Of a stretch of DNA of 64,000 nucleotides, positions 27,926-41,946 are shown in pieces. Where the stretch lies: contig OX597835.1 in NCBI GenBank assembly GCA_951406725.2, positions 3,224,001 through 3,288,000 on the forward strand. The letters are read 5' to 3'. The translations under genes and the position numbers were made by a program. The notes under the pieces are model-generated. The model ran no database searches. It saw only the letters and a program-made list of their open reading frames with translations, and had not been told where the DNA came from. The stretch is from Octopus vulgaris (Eukaryota). Position 1 is the first letter of the stretch; each line of letters starts with the position of its first letter.

Positions 27926-28599
27926 CATACATAAAATGGAAAATTCCTATTTGTAAAACTATCAACAGTAGATATTCCCTAAGAGTACTCTAGAATAAAG
28001 GTTAATTGCCAACAAAACACAGCAGTCGAATGTTAATCTTATTCAGCTCCAGAAGACGATGTTTCCTGGGGCTAAACAATAGTAACATTCAGCTGACACT
28101 TTATGTTGGCCAACAACCTTTACTATATGTATATTTATAATAGGTGAGGGTGGTATACGAGTGGGTATATATTTATAAAAAAGAAGTTTGAAATCGCCAC
28201 TATATAAGATAAATTTTAATTTTCTAAGAAATTTTTCATGTTTCGGTTTTTCTTGAAAAAACGAACCTTATCAAAAATATTTTTAAAAGTTAAGTGTAAT
28301 AAAAAAAGTTTATAATTGTTTCTTACGAGTCTCAACAGAGTCCATGTGATGGGTTTTTTGTGAGGTGGATCATAATAGCTGTCTTGTGTGTTGACTAGAT
28401 TCGTTGGCAGCAGTTGGGGAAATGACTAGTGGCCGAAATAACAGAAATGTATACACACACACACACACACACATATATACATATATCACAGCTGCATCCT
28501 CGTTACACGAGTAAAGCCATGGGCAAGAATATTTACTGAAATGATTCATTATTGTTGCCATGTGATGCCCTTATATGAGTTTTAAGCCTAGTCAAGCTT

Positions 28600-29250
28600 T
28601 TACACATTTAATTACTTACTGGACAACTGTGCTGGCCGGCAGGAGAAACAGGTACCACCATATGCACTCTCTTAGCATGTCTTTTTAGGCCTCCAACTGA
28701 GAGGTAAACCCTTCCACATTTTACGCAGGTTCTGTTGTGAATTTCAATAGCCACACCACTGTTTATCAGGGGTCGATTTCTGTGAGATTTTTGATGGCTC
28801 ACCAGACCTGCACGACTCAAACACCTACTCCCACAAACTACGCACATAAAAAACAACACTCTCCCATTTTCCACAGCTTTCCCCCTTCTAAGCCCCCCAT
28901 CCCTGATTCTCTCTTACTTCATTCTCTCCCTCGCAAACCTTAAACAACCATCATGCACTATCTTCCTCCATCCATCGCGGTCTTGTGCCTCCCTCTCCCA
29001 ATTACCAGCTGCAATTCCTGTCTGTATTAAAGGATTTTTAAGGCAATCCTTAAACCTTAGTTTAGGCTTATGCGCTGGTCTCCTATCATCTTGCAGCTCA
29101 CCAAACAATAGCTGTTTGGGCAGTCGCTCATCACCCATTCTTACCAAATGTCTCCCCCACCTCAAACGCATTTGCAAACTCATTGACTCTAGACTTCTGT
29201 TGCCATTCCTCTCAAGCAGCTCCACATTACTGATGGCCATTTTCCAGTTT
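28600..29250 (-). mobile_element. RTE-type LINE 3' fragment with two C2H2-like fingers
   Basis: LRWGRHLVRMGDERLPKQLLFGEL..KLRFKDCLK, followed by CVVCGSRCLSRAGLVSH and CVKCGRVYLSVGGLKRH. Confidence 0.8.
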
Positions 29251-30070
29251 ATCCCCATACACATACATACATACATACATACATACATACATACATACAT
29301 TTATACATACATATATACATACATATATACATATATACATACATACATACCTACATACGTATGTATACATATATACGCTTATTCGTTCATTCCACTCTTC
29401 GTTCTTTCGTTTCCCCTCTCTCACATTTCTTTGCCTTCTCTTTTTGCTCACTTTCCATCCACTTTTCACTTCACTGTGTCCCTATCATTTTTTCTCGCCC
29501 CTCCTTAATTCTTCTGTCACTCTGCTTTTACTTCTCTCTCTTCTCTTCCCACGTGACCGCTGTGCAGCCAAGCCTGTTCTTTCTTTCTTGGTCTGACCGT
29601 TGTCCGAGCAACATCAATATTCTTCCCTGTGTTTGTTAAACTTTTGTATCTCTGCCGTAAGGCTTCATTTCCACACGCGCCAGCTTAATTCAATTCGTCC
29701 TTAGTCGAAAGACACCTGTTGTTATGTTCTGTTATTATTTTTATTGTATTTATATTTGTGTAATATTGTCCGTTTTTTCCGTCCTTGTTTTTGTATACAT
29801 TCGCCACTTTCTTCCAAGGAATCTAATGCTCTTAGCTTAGTTTTTAGTTTTTCCTTGGGGCTGGCCAGATCGGAGCAATCTCACGAATAATCAGCCGAAA
29901 TTGCGAGGATAATCTGGTGCTTGACTGAGGAAAGAAAACTTCGAATGACCCGTACTTGTTTTCTTTGTATTGTCTATCTGGATGTTTTGTTGTCCCTTTT
30001 AGTATCACCTAGCTGCCCGGATGTTTTGCGTTCTCGTCTCATTTTGTATTTCATATACATATACATATAC

Positions 30071-30152
<82 letters not shown>

Positions 30153-30157
30153 GTATG

Positions 30158-30190
<33 letters not shown>

Positions 30191-30919
30191 GTATATTTAT
30201 ATATATATATATGTATATTTCTATGTGTGTGTGTTTGTGTGTATTGATAGCAATATACAGAGTATGTTTTAGTAATGGTCATGGTAGGAGTGTGGTAGAG
30301 CTTAATTTGTTTGTTGTCTTTGAGCATGTGTTCAGTCCGAGACACTCGAACAGAGAATACCCAGATAGTTTTTCAAATTTTCCCTTGAGAATTCTTCGAT
30401 TGTGTTTGGAGGATGTGCGTCATTGTAGTCTGTAAATTTTGGATGAAATCCAGCATTTCTACTCTTTGCTGTTTGGTTAATACAAATCGGTTGTTAAGAA
30501 GCGAATAAAAATCTTTAGGCTAGAGATTAGTGCTATATATTTCAATGACTGAAACAAGCAGAAAATCAGTAAAAAGAAATATAATATTATAGGGATAACA
30601 AAAGCAAGAATGAAATGAAAAGCTTTGATTTGCGCTTACAAATCGCCAAGTACATATTTTACACTCCTTTAAGTTACAATTATGTGCTACATCTTAAATA
30701 TTTCAAACAAAACTTCCTGCAAAATCAAAATATTCACTACCTTCAATATCGAATGAAGCTTCATAACCTTCGGATGAATTTTATGATCGTAATGAACATC
30801 TTAATGTTTGCTATCAATTGTTTGAAGCGTCTTTTAATTTGTCACTCATGAGATTACAGTCATGCTAGACCATAGCTTCAAAGAATTTTAGTCAAACGAA
30901 TCGACTCCAGCATTTATTA

Positions 30920-30990
<71 letters not shown>

Positions 30991-33900
30991 GCTATCTTTT
31001 TTTCTTCTTCTTTCAAATTTGCTTCCATTTCTTGCCGAGTGTCTTCCCGACTCACAGGGCAAAGAAACACATAGTATACATTGGTAGGCCATTAAGCTAA
31101 ACTCACTTGTCCGTTCATTTTTTTTTAAAGTTTAATTAAAATACATGGGTAGTAATAGTTCTCACATCGACAATGCTCTTCTCAATACGTGTGATGTACC
31201 AGTTAAGACAATCTTTTGCACTTCTTGCAGGGATGGTAAGCCAGGGATCATTCTCATATAATTTTCGGTTCCCTTCTTGATCATTCCTAGTGCTCCTACG
31301 ATCACTGGTATTGTAACCGCCTTGAGATGCCACATTTTCTCAATTTCAATGAGCAGGTCTTTATATTTTCTGAGCTTGTCAAACTCTTTCGCCGAGATAT
31401 TATGATCACAGGGGATGCTCATGTTGATCAATAAGCAAACTTTATTGTTTTGGTCTTTCACAATATCCGGTTTATTGGCTTTGATGGTTCGGTCTGTATG
31501 TACTGGAAAGTCCCACATAATCGTTACATTTTCTCCTTCAGTTACAGCTTCAAGGTGGTGATTATACCACTTGTCGGCAGTTTTGATATAGTAATGCCGA
31601 CTTATTAGCTAGTGTAGATATTGGCCAACTCTATCATGTCTTAATTTATACTCCACTGGTGCTAAGACCTTACATCCAGAGAACCTTACATCCAGAGATT
31701 AGGTGGTCCACTGTTTCAATCATGTCTTTGCAGAATCGGCATTTTGGGTCTGCTCCATTTTTCATCACATTGGCCTGGTAGTTCCGGGTTAATAGGCTTT
31801 GATCTTGAGCAGCCAGGATGAAACCTTCACTCTCTGCTTTTAGCCCTGAGCTCCGTAGCCACTGATGGGTTTGCTTCTGGTCAACATCAGCTTGTTTGCT
31901 GCGGGCCACATATTTGCCGTGCAGAGGTTTCTCCTCCCACCTATCAGCCAATTGCTCGTGCGCTTTTTTCGTTGCCATTATTTTCACCTTCTTTGCAACA
32001 ATAGTTGCCGTACTTCCCTCGGGTTGTTCAGTTTGGGTATCCTGCACGAAATCAATAGCAATTTTTTTGCTTTCCTTTATGATAGAATGAAGCTTCTTTC
32101 GTCTCTCGTGATTTTCCACGAGCTTTAGCATCCAGTCATTCGTTATTTCAAGATATTTGGCCAGTCCAATTGTGGTTGTTTTGTAAGCTAGTTCAAATTG
32201 GATCAGGCTTCGACCTCCTTGGGCTCTGGGGAGGTAAAGGCGATCTACGTCTGCCTTTGGGTGGTGCATCCTATTACAACTCAGCAGCTTGCGTATTTTC
32301 CTATCTATATTCTTTACTTCACTCATATTCCAGTTCAACACATTGTAGCTATAAGTAACAACTGGAACTGCTAAGGAATTTATAGCTAACACCTTGTTAC
32401 GTGCATTTAGGTCAGATTTCAGGACTGCACGAACTCTCCTATAACATTCCTTCCTGATCTTCTCTTTCATGCTTGCATGCTGAATACCAGAGCTTTCATT
32501 TATCCCTAAATATTTGTATGTTTGTTCTTGCTCAAGCTCTCTTATGACTGTGTCAACATCTAGCACGACTGAATTTGTGGTCTTCACTTTCCCTTTCTGG
32601 AAAGTGGCCTTGGCACACTTCTCAAGTCCAAACTCCATCCCGATGTCATCGCTGAATGCTTTCACAGTGCGCAATATGCCTTCAAGTTCATTATTGTCTT
32701 TACCATAGAGTTTTAAGTCATCCATATAAAATAGATGGCTTATTTTATTATTGACAATTTTATACCCATACCCTGTTCTGTTTAATTCACTTGTAAGGGG
32801 TATTAGGGCTATGCAGAATATTAGAGGTGAAAGTGAGTCACCTTGAAAAATGCCACAGTTGATGTTTATATTATCTGAGGCAAGTACTTCATTAGAGTGG
32901 TATAATTGGAGATTCGTATTCCACAACGACATATTGTGCTTCAGGAAGCTTGAAATCACAGGGGAAATTTTGAAGATGTCCAGCGATCTCAAGATCCACG
33001 AATGCGGTATACTGTCGAAGGCCTTTTTTATAGTCATTCCATGCGGAGCTGAGATTTCTGCGCTTGTTGTGACAGTTCTCAAGGATCATACGATTAATTA
33101 GCAGTTGATCTTTGCATCCGTATGAGCCTCGGCGGCACCCTTTTTGTTCAATGGGGAAAATATCGTTCTTCTCCATGAATGCATATGTTTTCTCCGCCAG
33201 GATAGATGTTAGGATTTTATACGTGGTGGATAAACAGGTTATAGGCCGATAGTTTTTTGGAAGTTTGCTTTCGTTATTCTTTGGGAGTAGGTAAGTAATA
33301 CCACTTGCTAACCATTCAGGTGTTTTCTTTGGGTCTCTCATAATTCCATTGAGCAGCTGAACTAGCTTACCGTGTGCGCATGGGAGCGATGCGAGCCAGA
33401 AATTCGGCACCTTATCTTTACCGGGGGATTTCCAATTATGGGCCTTCGTGAGTGCCTTTCTTAGGTCTGCTATTGTGATGTCTTCCCATGCTTGTTGTTG
33501 TAAATTTTGGTAGGATCCTTCAGTTTGTATAATCCAGTCTGCATTTATGTTGTACGTCTTCTCGTCACTCCAAATCCTTTTCCAAAAGTTTTGAACTTCT
33601 TCCATGGGAGGGGGGTCTTTAACGATTACTTTCTCCTTCCCTATTTCTCTGTAGAATTTTTTGGCATTGGATGTGAACAGCTTATTTTGCTTGAAAACTT
33701 GTTTCTCTTCTCAAATCTTCGTATTCTTTGGGCTTTTGCTTGGACTTTTTGTTTCAGCGTTTCTTTTATTGATATCAGTTCTTCTCTTGGTGAGGATCCA
33801 AATTTTCTCTTCATCTTTCTTCCTGTTCTGGATCTTACATCATTTCCACATATTAGTTCGTTTAATATTGATATTTCCCCTCTCATAAATTCAATCTCTT

Positions 33901-34115
33901 TTTCAATTTTACTTCTCCAGGTTTAATTTCTTCCCAGATTTGGTTTTCTTTGTTTCTTCGGGGGCATACAGCTGGTTTCAATTGCCCTAGCAGAAGCGTG
34001 AATAATTTCATTTAACTCAGTAAAATCAGGTTTTAATTCTTGTATTATTTCATTTGTTACATAGTTGCCAATTTTGATTTGTTTTTTATTTTGGTTTGTA
34101 TTTGAGAGTTTATGA
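30991..34115 (-). mobile_element. Dong/R4-type non-LTR retrotransposon (RT + restriction-like endonuclease), frameshifted
   Basis: GIFQGDSLSPLIFC, HLFYMDDLKLY, CCHC motif CRFC..ETVDHLISGC and REL motif ANKPDI. Bounded by (TTA)n at 30924-30990 and 34121-34221. Confidence 0.9.
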
Positions 34116-34160
34116 AGTGGTTATTATTATTATTATTATCATTATTATTATTATCATTAA

Positions 34161-34221
<61 letters not shown>

Positions 34222-34224
<3 letters not shown>

Positions 34225-34798
34225 TAGTTTTATTTTTATAGCGTGCTTTCACTTCACTACCGAGCGCAGCTCTGTGTGCCTTGGGTATGTGCTGTGATTT
34301 GTTGTGATGCTCTGATGGTTATTGTATGGAAAGTGTTCTGCGTAGGATGTGTGCAGTGCCTAGTAGTGCAATTTTCTGTATGTTATATGTGTTTGTAAGT
34401 CCTGGTGTTTTTGTTATGTATTTGTCTGAATATTTTTTTATCATGCCTAATGCACCTACTATGATAGGAATTGTTTCTGTTTTCAGGTTCCACATTCTAG
34501 TTACCTCTATTTCCAGGTCTTTGTATTTTGAGAGTTTCTCCATTTCTTTTAGAGACACGTTGTCATCTGCCGGTATTGATACATCAATTAGAAAGCATTT
34601 TTTTTCTTCATGATCTCTGACAACTATATCTGGTCTGTTGGCCTTAATTTCTCTATCTGTGTGTATCGGCATATCCCAGAGTATGGTTGCTTTCTCGTTT
34701 TCTGTGACCTTTTCTGGTGTGTGCCTATACCATCTTTTTTCTGTTGTTATCCCATAATGTTGGCATAGCTTCCAATGTATGTAGGTTCCAACTTTGGA

Positions 34799-34801
<3 letters not shown>
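34222..34801 (-). mobile_element. Dong/R4-type 3' fragment (second subfamily)
   Basis: ATILWDMPIHTDREIKANRPDIVV..IDVSIP..KLSKYKDL..LGTAHILRRTL; embedded between (TTA)n arrays. Confidence 0.85.
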
Positions 34802-34855
<54 letters not shown>

Positions 34856-34949
34856 GTCATTATTATTATTATTATTTTTATTATTATTATGATTATTATT
34901 ATTATGATTATTATTATTATTATCATTATTATTATTATTATTATAATTA

Positions 34950-35007
<58 letters not shown>

Positions 35008-35120
35008 CATCATTATTATTATCATTAATATTATTATTATTATTATTATTATTATCAATATTATCATTATTATTATTATTATTATTATCATTATTATTAT
35101 TATTATTATTATTATAATTA

Positions 35121-35157
<37 letters not shown>

Positions 35158-35181
35158 CATCATTATTATTATTATCATTAA

Positions 35182-35256
<75 letters not shown>

Positions 35257-35288
35257 GATTATTATTATTATGATTATTATTATTATTA

Positions 35289-35355
<67 letters not shown>
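34802..35355. repeat. ~550-bp (TTA)n/(TCA) microsatellite
   Basis: Directly visible; source of the spurious poly-N, poly-I and poly-Y ORFs. Confidence 0.95.
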
Positions 35356-35949
35356 GACGTTTATATATTTGTGGTGCAAGATTTTTATGTGAAATCATGT
35401 GTTGAAACAGATATTGTTGCATTTCGGAAAGGTCATTTTGCCCGATCGAATAATAAAAACACACGCACTATATATTTGGTGTTACTTTGCTTCAGTGTTA
35501 TTTATTTTTTACATTAGACTTAGTCTTATTTCGGCCAGAGTTCTTTCGTCACACTCCTGTGACCGCATCAGTGGTCCTTTGCTTTCTTCTTTCTTATTTG
35601 TGTGTCTCTCCGTACTAACGGTCAGCCATTTTGTATTTCCATTGTCTGTGTCTTCATTTGCGCATGCGTATCTCCCTATGTGCGTCTATGTTTAGTTAGT
35701 GTGTGTGTGTGGGGGCGATGCCTGTAATATTTGTATCTTCTGTTTATATATTGGCGTGTAAAAATGCAACATATAAGCTTCATCGTGTTTCAATCCGAAA
35801 TTTTGACGTCTCCCAAGGCGAACGTTGGCGTAACTTGGGACATAAATTTGATATAGCTTCACATGACGTATTCTATTCACTATTTCACACAGCTGTTGCG
35901 TAACAAGAGTTTGTAAATATTGAATCAAATCGTATAAATCATGCTGTTG

Positions 35950-35989
<40 letters not shown>

Positions 35990-36011
35990 TGTTCTTAATT
36001 TTAAATTTAAC

Positions 36012-36079
<68 letters not shown>

Positions 36080-36154
36080 CATACGTATATATATATACAC
36101 GTATATATGTATATATACATATATATAATATTTGTATGTATGTATGGATGGATG

Positions 36155-36186
<32 letters not shown>

Positions 36187-36453
36187 CGTATACATATATA
36201 TATACATGTACATCCATCCATCCATTCATCCATCCAGCCATACATACATACATGCATACATACATACATACATACATACATACATACAAACTTATCTTCA
36301 GCTCTTGGTGGGCCAAATCGGATGTGTAATCTATGTGAGTGTCTTTTCAAAACATTGTCTGGGTGAAAAAGCCACATCAGATGCTATGATGGTTTTAAGG
36401 TGCATAAAGAGTAGACACACACAGACACATACACAAACGTATATGTATACGTG

Positions 36454-36487
<34 letters not shown>

Positions 36488-37256
36488 TGTGTATCTTTAA
36501 ATGAATGCGCGAGCGCGGATATGTGTGTAAATATAAAAAGAAAGACGTGAGGAGTGCAAATTCAGAAAAACCAAAGGAGACGACAGCTCGAGTAAGGACT
36601 GTTTAAAGCTGTCCACTGAATAACTAACACTACACAACCATCATCAACCAGTTTCAACTTTGCACCTGAGAAAGTCTACTGAGCTCTTTGTATAAATACC
36701 GTTCGAATCTAACAAGTATGTAAACATTTAAATTATTCATTGTGGCTGTTTGTGATTAAGTAATAGCAATAGACAGAGTATGTTATGGTAATGATGATGG
36801 TGGTAGTGGTAGAGCTTAAACCGTTTGTAATTGCCGTATGTGTACCAATGCATAACATTCTTCAGGTATAAGTTGTATACCTGGAGTACCTGTTCATCGA
36901 TTTCTTTGCCTAGTTCTTCCTTGCAGAGATTAGTAGCTGAATAGATAAAAGAAATTAGAGAGGCCGTTAATTAAAACTCATACGTAATATTATGCTCTTT
37001 CAGATAGTGTTGTATTTCAGAAAAGGTCGATTGCGTAAGTTTGTGTGCGCGGATGGATCAAATGACACATGTGTTTAACAGCAAACAATTATGTTTACTC
37101 AGGTTTGGTGTTAGATACCGCCGGTGCAACACGTTAATCAAATATGCAGTGAAATGTGAAGCAAAGACTGATTTTGGTTATAGAAAATAGAGAAAAAATA
37201 CTTTTGACAGTGTACATTTCACAAAGAACATTCTGTCAGATGCAAAGTGACAAGCC

Positions 37257-37820
37257 TGTAACGTTTTATGTGAATATCTTCTCTGCACTGTTTGGGGTGC
37301 AAGAAGCAATCACTTTCCGTTGCTTTAATAATCCAGAATTCTACCAGTCAAAGAAACACAAAACGCAGACGTAAAAAATAGATATTCTTTATTGTTTTAT
37401 ACCGGTGAGAAATCAGTGGTATATCTGATATCCTTGGTTCTGGGCGCGCAAGGCTGAAAGTTAATCTCTTGTAAGGTTACAATGTTCAGCCGCTAAAAAC
37501 AGATCGGGTTAAAGATGGCGGCGGAAAATGAAGACGACGTTGTCTGCAACAATTTGGTAAAAAACCTTCGGCCGACTGCTATCAAAGCTGGAACGAGAGA
37601 AATATACGTCTGCTGGTATCAAAGGCCTTCTGCTGTCTCTGCTGTCTCTGCTGGACGCTGATGGTCAAGGTTTTTGCGTTCCCTTGCCTCTTTTCTAAGG
37701 GTCGCTTTTCCTAGCCAATCAGCTAATTCCACGAATAGCAATATTCCCTCTTCTGTTGATGAAAACACGCGCGAATCAGAAAAGGGCGTTGCGCGCGCGC
37801 TGTTGTATAGCGTCACTACA
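37257..37820 (-). repeat. 3' LTR (564 bp)
   Basis: Direct repeat of 42392-42957; about a dozen differences counted by eye. Confidence 0.93.
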
Positions 37821-38033
37821 AAGGCTCCCCCACAAGTGCGTATGCACGAAGCAAACGTCTTGTAGTGACTGCAAAACTCAAGGTGGATACCAGACAACCA
37901 AAATAACACACAATATAATACATTAAAACAACAACAAAAAAAAATTCACCTAAAAGGTAAAAAGAGAAAAAATACTCAAAATGAGCAAAGTTCAATGAGT
38001 ATTGAACTGTCACTGGGAAGTCAATTGAAAATG

Positions 38034-41000
38034 TCAAATATAAATAGTTTTGGAAAGTTTTTTCGGCCAGTGAACAGTTCTGCCTGACCTCGTAACATAA
38101 GGTCTGTTCGAGGCAGGCTGCGACGACGAAGGTGGTGCTGTCGATGTTGGTGTTGATAATGGTGCATGTGTAAATAGTGGTGTTGTCAAAGGTGCATGTG
38201 AAGGTTCAACGATGGTTGTGGCAGTGGGGTCATTAAAAGATGTGGACACCTCAAAATATGCCCTTTTAAGACGATCTACGGAGACGGTCTCCGAACGACC
38301 GTTAATTTCAAGTTTGAATACCTTCGGCGTGCGAGAAATCACACGAAAAGGTCCTTTATAAGGAGAAACAAGAGGTCCTTTGACAGAATCATCACGAATA
38401 AAAACATGCGTCCAAGAATTAAGGTCTGATGGCACACTAGAAGGAGGATTTTGGTGTCGAGGGTCCATAGGAGGAAGGGCAGAAAAATATCTGCGTAATC
38501 GAGCAACATAAGACTCTAAATTAAGAGACTGTGACTTGTCTGGCACCAACATCGTACCAGGCAATGCCAGTGTGGTACCATACAAGAGCTCGGCAGACGA
38601 AAAACCAAGGTCTGCTTTAATCGCAGTCCGACATCCAAGCAGGACGATCGGTAGAAATTCAGTCCATGACTGTGGATTCGGCGAGGCACGCAAAGCGGCC
38701 TTAAGTTGCCTATGGAAACGCTCCACCATCCCATTAGAAGCGGGGTGGTAACTTGTGGTGCGTATATGATGCATCCCCAGGATTTGTGATAACTCACGAA
38801 ACAATGCAGACTCGAATTGTCGACCACGATCTGTGGTCAAACTGTACGGTACACCATACCTCGAAATCCAATTAGATACGAAAGCCCTCGCAACAGTTTC
38901 AGCTGACAGGTCTGCTATAGGAATAGCTTCCGGCCAGCGTGAAAAGCGATCAATACAAGTTAAAATGTATGAGAACCCGCGACTCACAGGCCATGGTCCA
39001 ACCAAATCAAGGTGGATATGGCGAAAACGGGCTTCAGGAGAGGAAAATTGTCCAAATGGAGCACGAACGTGTCTGTGGACTTTAGCACTCTGGCACCTCA
39101 AACAAGAGCGTGCCCAAGAGGTAATTGATCGTCGCATATTGGGCCAGAAGAACCGAGCAGTAACAAGCTTTACTGTGGCAGAGATACCTGGATGTGACAG
39201 TGAATGAAGAGCATCAAACACAGAACGTTGATGTTTCTCAGGTACTAATGGTCTAGGTGAACCGGTAGGAACGTCACAAAGAATAGAGCCTTCCGCTGTA
39301 GGGAACGGAAGGTAGACAAACTTACAGTTAATAAACTTAGGCGAAGTTAAATCCAACTCCTCTAAAGGTGGTTGGTCCTGCGAAATAGCAGTTAAATCAA
39401 TTGCTGCAGGAGAGGAAATGGAATTGACAGGGAGTCTAGAGAGAGCATCTGCCGGGATGTTCTCCGTCCCTGGCACATGCCTAATGTCACTTGTAAATTG
39501 AGAAATATAGTCCAGGTGACGGAAAGCACGAGGAGAGAGTTTATCCGTTTTAGAAGATAGTGCAAAAGTAAGGGGCTTGTGATCAGTATAAATCACAAAC
39601 TCTCGTCCCTCGAGCTGGTGTTGAAAATGCCGAACTGACAGATAGATCGCTAGTAACTCTCGATCAAAAGTACTATATCTGCGTTCAGCTGGCTTTAGCT
39701 GACAAGAAAAGAAAGCTAAAGGTTTAACTTCACCCTCTACGGTGTGTTGCAAAACAGCGCCAATTGCAGACTCTGATGCGTCCACAGATAAAGTAAGTGG
39801 AGCATTAGGAGCCGGATGTGCCAAAATAGGGACTGAAGCTAGTTCCTTTTTAACCAACTCAAAGGCAGACAGTGCTTCAGCCGAAAGAGTAAGACGGGCG
39901 TCCTTTTTAGAATTGCCCTTTAGCATCTGTGTTAAAGGTAACAACTTGTCCGCACACCCATCTATGAAACGTCTATAGAAATTTACTATGCCTAAAAAAT
40001 GGCGAAGTTGACGCAAAGAAGAAGGTGGTGCGATGCGCTGAATAGCATCGACTTTGGATGAGAGTGGTTTGATTCCTCTCGAGTCAATATAATGACCGAG
40101 AAAATTAAGAGATGGTTGCCCAAAAACACACTTGTCTGGATTAATGCGAACACCATAGTCGCGAAGACGCTGAAAAAGCTGAGACAAGTGCAGGAGATGA
40201 TTTTCATGCGTATCACTTGCGATTAGAATATCATCGACATACGCGAACACAAAATCAAGTCCGCGAACAACTTCATCTATAAACCGTTGGAAAGTACTAG
40301 TGGCATTCCTCAAACCAAAACTCATAAATAAAAATTCGAAACTGCCAAAAGGAGTAGTAATTGCTGTTTTAGGAATATCGTCTGAGTTGACCGGTATTTG
40401 ATGGTAGGCACGTATGAGGTCAACCTTAGAAAAAATAGTACAGCCATGTAAATTTGCCGAAAAATCGTTTAAAATCCTTATGGGATATTTGTCCGGAATC
40501 GTCACCGAATTTAGACGCCGATAATCTCCCACCGGGCGAAAATCTGTATCCCCTTTTCTTACTAAATGAAGGGGAGATGCCCATGGACTGGTGGAGGGGC
40601 GTATCAGACCGAGCTGGAGCATATGCTCAAACTCAGCCCTAGCAGTTTTAAGTCGATCAGGTGCAAGACGCCTTGGACGTGAAAAAACAGGAGGTCCAGT
40701 TGTTGTTATAAAGTGTCGTGTCGAGTGTAATGGCTTAGCCACCCTAAAGGTAACATCATATAGCTCTGGAAAAGAAGCTAGAAGAGAGTGAAAAACATCT
40801 CCAGATGTACCGACAAAAAATGTCGGGCTAAGAGCTAAATTGGTAGATTCTCCGGTCGGCGTGGAGAGTGTAGTCGAACTATCGACCAACCTCCGACGTC
40901 TGACATCTACCAACAAATCAAATTTATCCAGAAAATCCGCACCTAAAATAGGATGCGGAATGTCGGCAATGACAAAAACCCATTGAAAGTCTCGACGAAG

Positions 41001-41246
41001 ATTAATATCAAGGCGTAACGAGATCTGACCGAATGTGGCTATTGGTGACGAGTCAATAGCGTGCAAGATGACGTTAGATCGTTTTGGCCTGTCGGTTGTG
41101 CAACGCAGTGGCCAAATACTGCAACAAGAACCAGCGTCCACCATGAAGTTTTTCTTCGACACTAGATCCTTAACAAAGAATGCACGATAACTAGACAATG
41201 TTGTGGAGGAAGTTGACGTGCTCAAATTCTCCGAATCTAGTTTAAA
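38034..41246 (-). CDS. Gypsy Pol (protease-RT-RNase H-integrase), uninterrupted
   Basis: FMVDAGS protease, [22 protein letters not shown] RNase H, HSLSH..CLRC zinc finger, HLDLVGP/TDRGRQF/VERFH integrase and GPF motif. The frame is open back to the slippery site at 41246. Confidence 0.92.
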   Translation of the reverse strand, partial: FKLDSENLSTSTSSTTLSSYRAFFVKDLVSKKNFMVDAGSCCSIWPLRCTTDRPKRSNVILHAIDSSPIATFGQISLRLDINLRRDFQWVFVIADIPHPILGADFLDKFDLLVDVRRRRLVDSSTTLSTPTGESTNLALSPTFFVGTSGDVFHSLLASFPELYDVTFRVAKPLHSTRHFITTTGPPVFSRPRRLAPDRLKTARAEFEHMLQLGLIRPSTSPWASPLHLVRKGDTDFRPVGDYRRLNSVTIPDKYPIRILNDFSANLHGCTIFSKVDLIRAYHQIPVNSDDIPKTAITTPFGSFEFLFMSFGLRNATSTFQRFIDEVVRGLDFVFAYVDDILIASDTHENHLLHLSQLFQRLRDYGVRINPDKCVFGQPSLNFLGHYIDSRGIKPLSSKVDAIQRIAPPSSLRQLRHFLGIVNFYRRFIDGCADKLLPLTQMLKGNSKKDARLTLSAEALSAFELVKKELASVPILAHPAPNAPLTLSVDASESAIGAVLQHTVEGEVKPLAFFSCQLKPAERRYSTFDRELLAIYLSVRHFQHQLEGREFVIYTDHKPLTFALSSKTDKLSPRAFRHLDYISQFTSDIRHVPGTENIPADALSRLPVNSISSPAAIDLTAISQDQPPLEELDLTSPKFINCKFVYLPFPTAEGSILCDVPTGSPRPLVPEKHQRSVFDALHSLSHPGISATVKLVTARFFWPNMRRSITSWARSCLRCQSAKVHRHVRAPFGQFSSPEARFRHIHLDLVGPWPVSRGFSYILTCIDRFSRWPEAIPIADLSAETVARAFVSNWISRYGVPYSLTTDRGRQFESALFRELSQILGMHHIRTTSYHPASNGMVERFHRQLKAALRASPNPQSWTEFLPIVLLGCRTAIKADLGFSSAELLYGTTLALPGTMLVPDKSQSLNLESYVARLRRYFSALPPMDPRHQNPPSSVPSDLNSWTHVFIRDDSVKGPLVSPYKGPFRVISRTPKVFKLEINGRSETVSVDRLKRAYFEVSTSFNDPTATTIVEPSHAPLTTPLFTHAPLSTPTSTAPPSSSQPASNRPYVTRSGRTVHWPKKLSKTIYI

Positions 41247-41946
41247 GACTTATAAGTGCATGGCTGTATGCACCTATGTGCATTCTATCCATACTTGGAG
41301 TGGTACCAACACAGTCCAGACTTAGACTGTGTTGATCTCGAGGATGAACGACTGCGACTCCGCGATTTTGAAGATCGCTTACCATCGCGACACATCGCGT
41401 CCATCCTTTTAGTGAGGGTTTCTATTAGTTTAGAAAGCCCCTCAATTGAGGCCGAAGAAGTTTGTGAACAGGCACAAGCAGACCGTGACGATGGTTGAAC
41501 GGCAAATTCAACCATCTTATCAGCCATCGTTGCTATTTGGTCCACTGTATTTGTCTCTAAGCCGGTTGCCAAAACGGTCTGTATATAGGCGGGCAACCTC
41601 GAAAAAAAAATCTTCCGAATTACCACTTAACTCCCTCAGTCTTCGTAAGAATTCTGACGGAGTCCTATCTCCCAGTTGCTCATCTGCCATTAATTCGTTG
41701 AAACGACTTTCCTCGCTTCGTGTATTTCTTTTCTCTACCTCTAATTTAACAGACGCATAAGTAGCGCCTGGACTAGGGTCTGTGATAAGGTCTCTTGCTG
41801 TAGATGCCAGTTGAGGCGGCATGCAACCATAAAGGATTTGCAAGCTGCTGCTCGGGAGTGATACTTTGTGCACGAAATTGTGCCTCTAACTGTGAAAACC
41901 ACAGTGTGGCATCACCTGTAAAAGTAGGTAACGAACCCATAGACAT
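41237..41946 (-). pseudogene. Gypsy gag, disrupted
   Basis: LPTFTGDATLWFSQLEAQF.., LGDRTPSEFLRRL, FFSRLP, CWYHSKYG*NAHRC..PC. Split over frames (ORFs 41520-41873 and 41285-41626), with a premature TAG. Confidence 0.8.

Noticed and set aside
34319-35464. 381-aa poly-Asn ORF and overlapping poly-Ile/poly-Tyr ORFs
   Set aside because: Read-through of a (TAA)n microsatellite into a Dong/R4 fragment; not a gene.
35520-35580. CTGATGC..GAAA hammerhead-like motif on the minus strand
   Set aside because: Position A9 is altered and stems I and III are not convincing.
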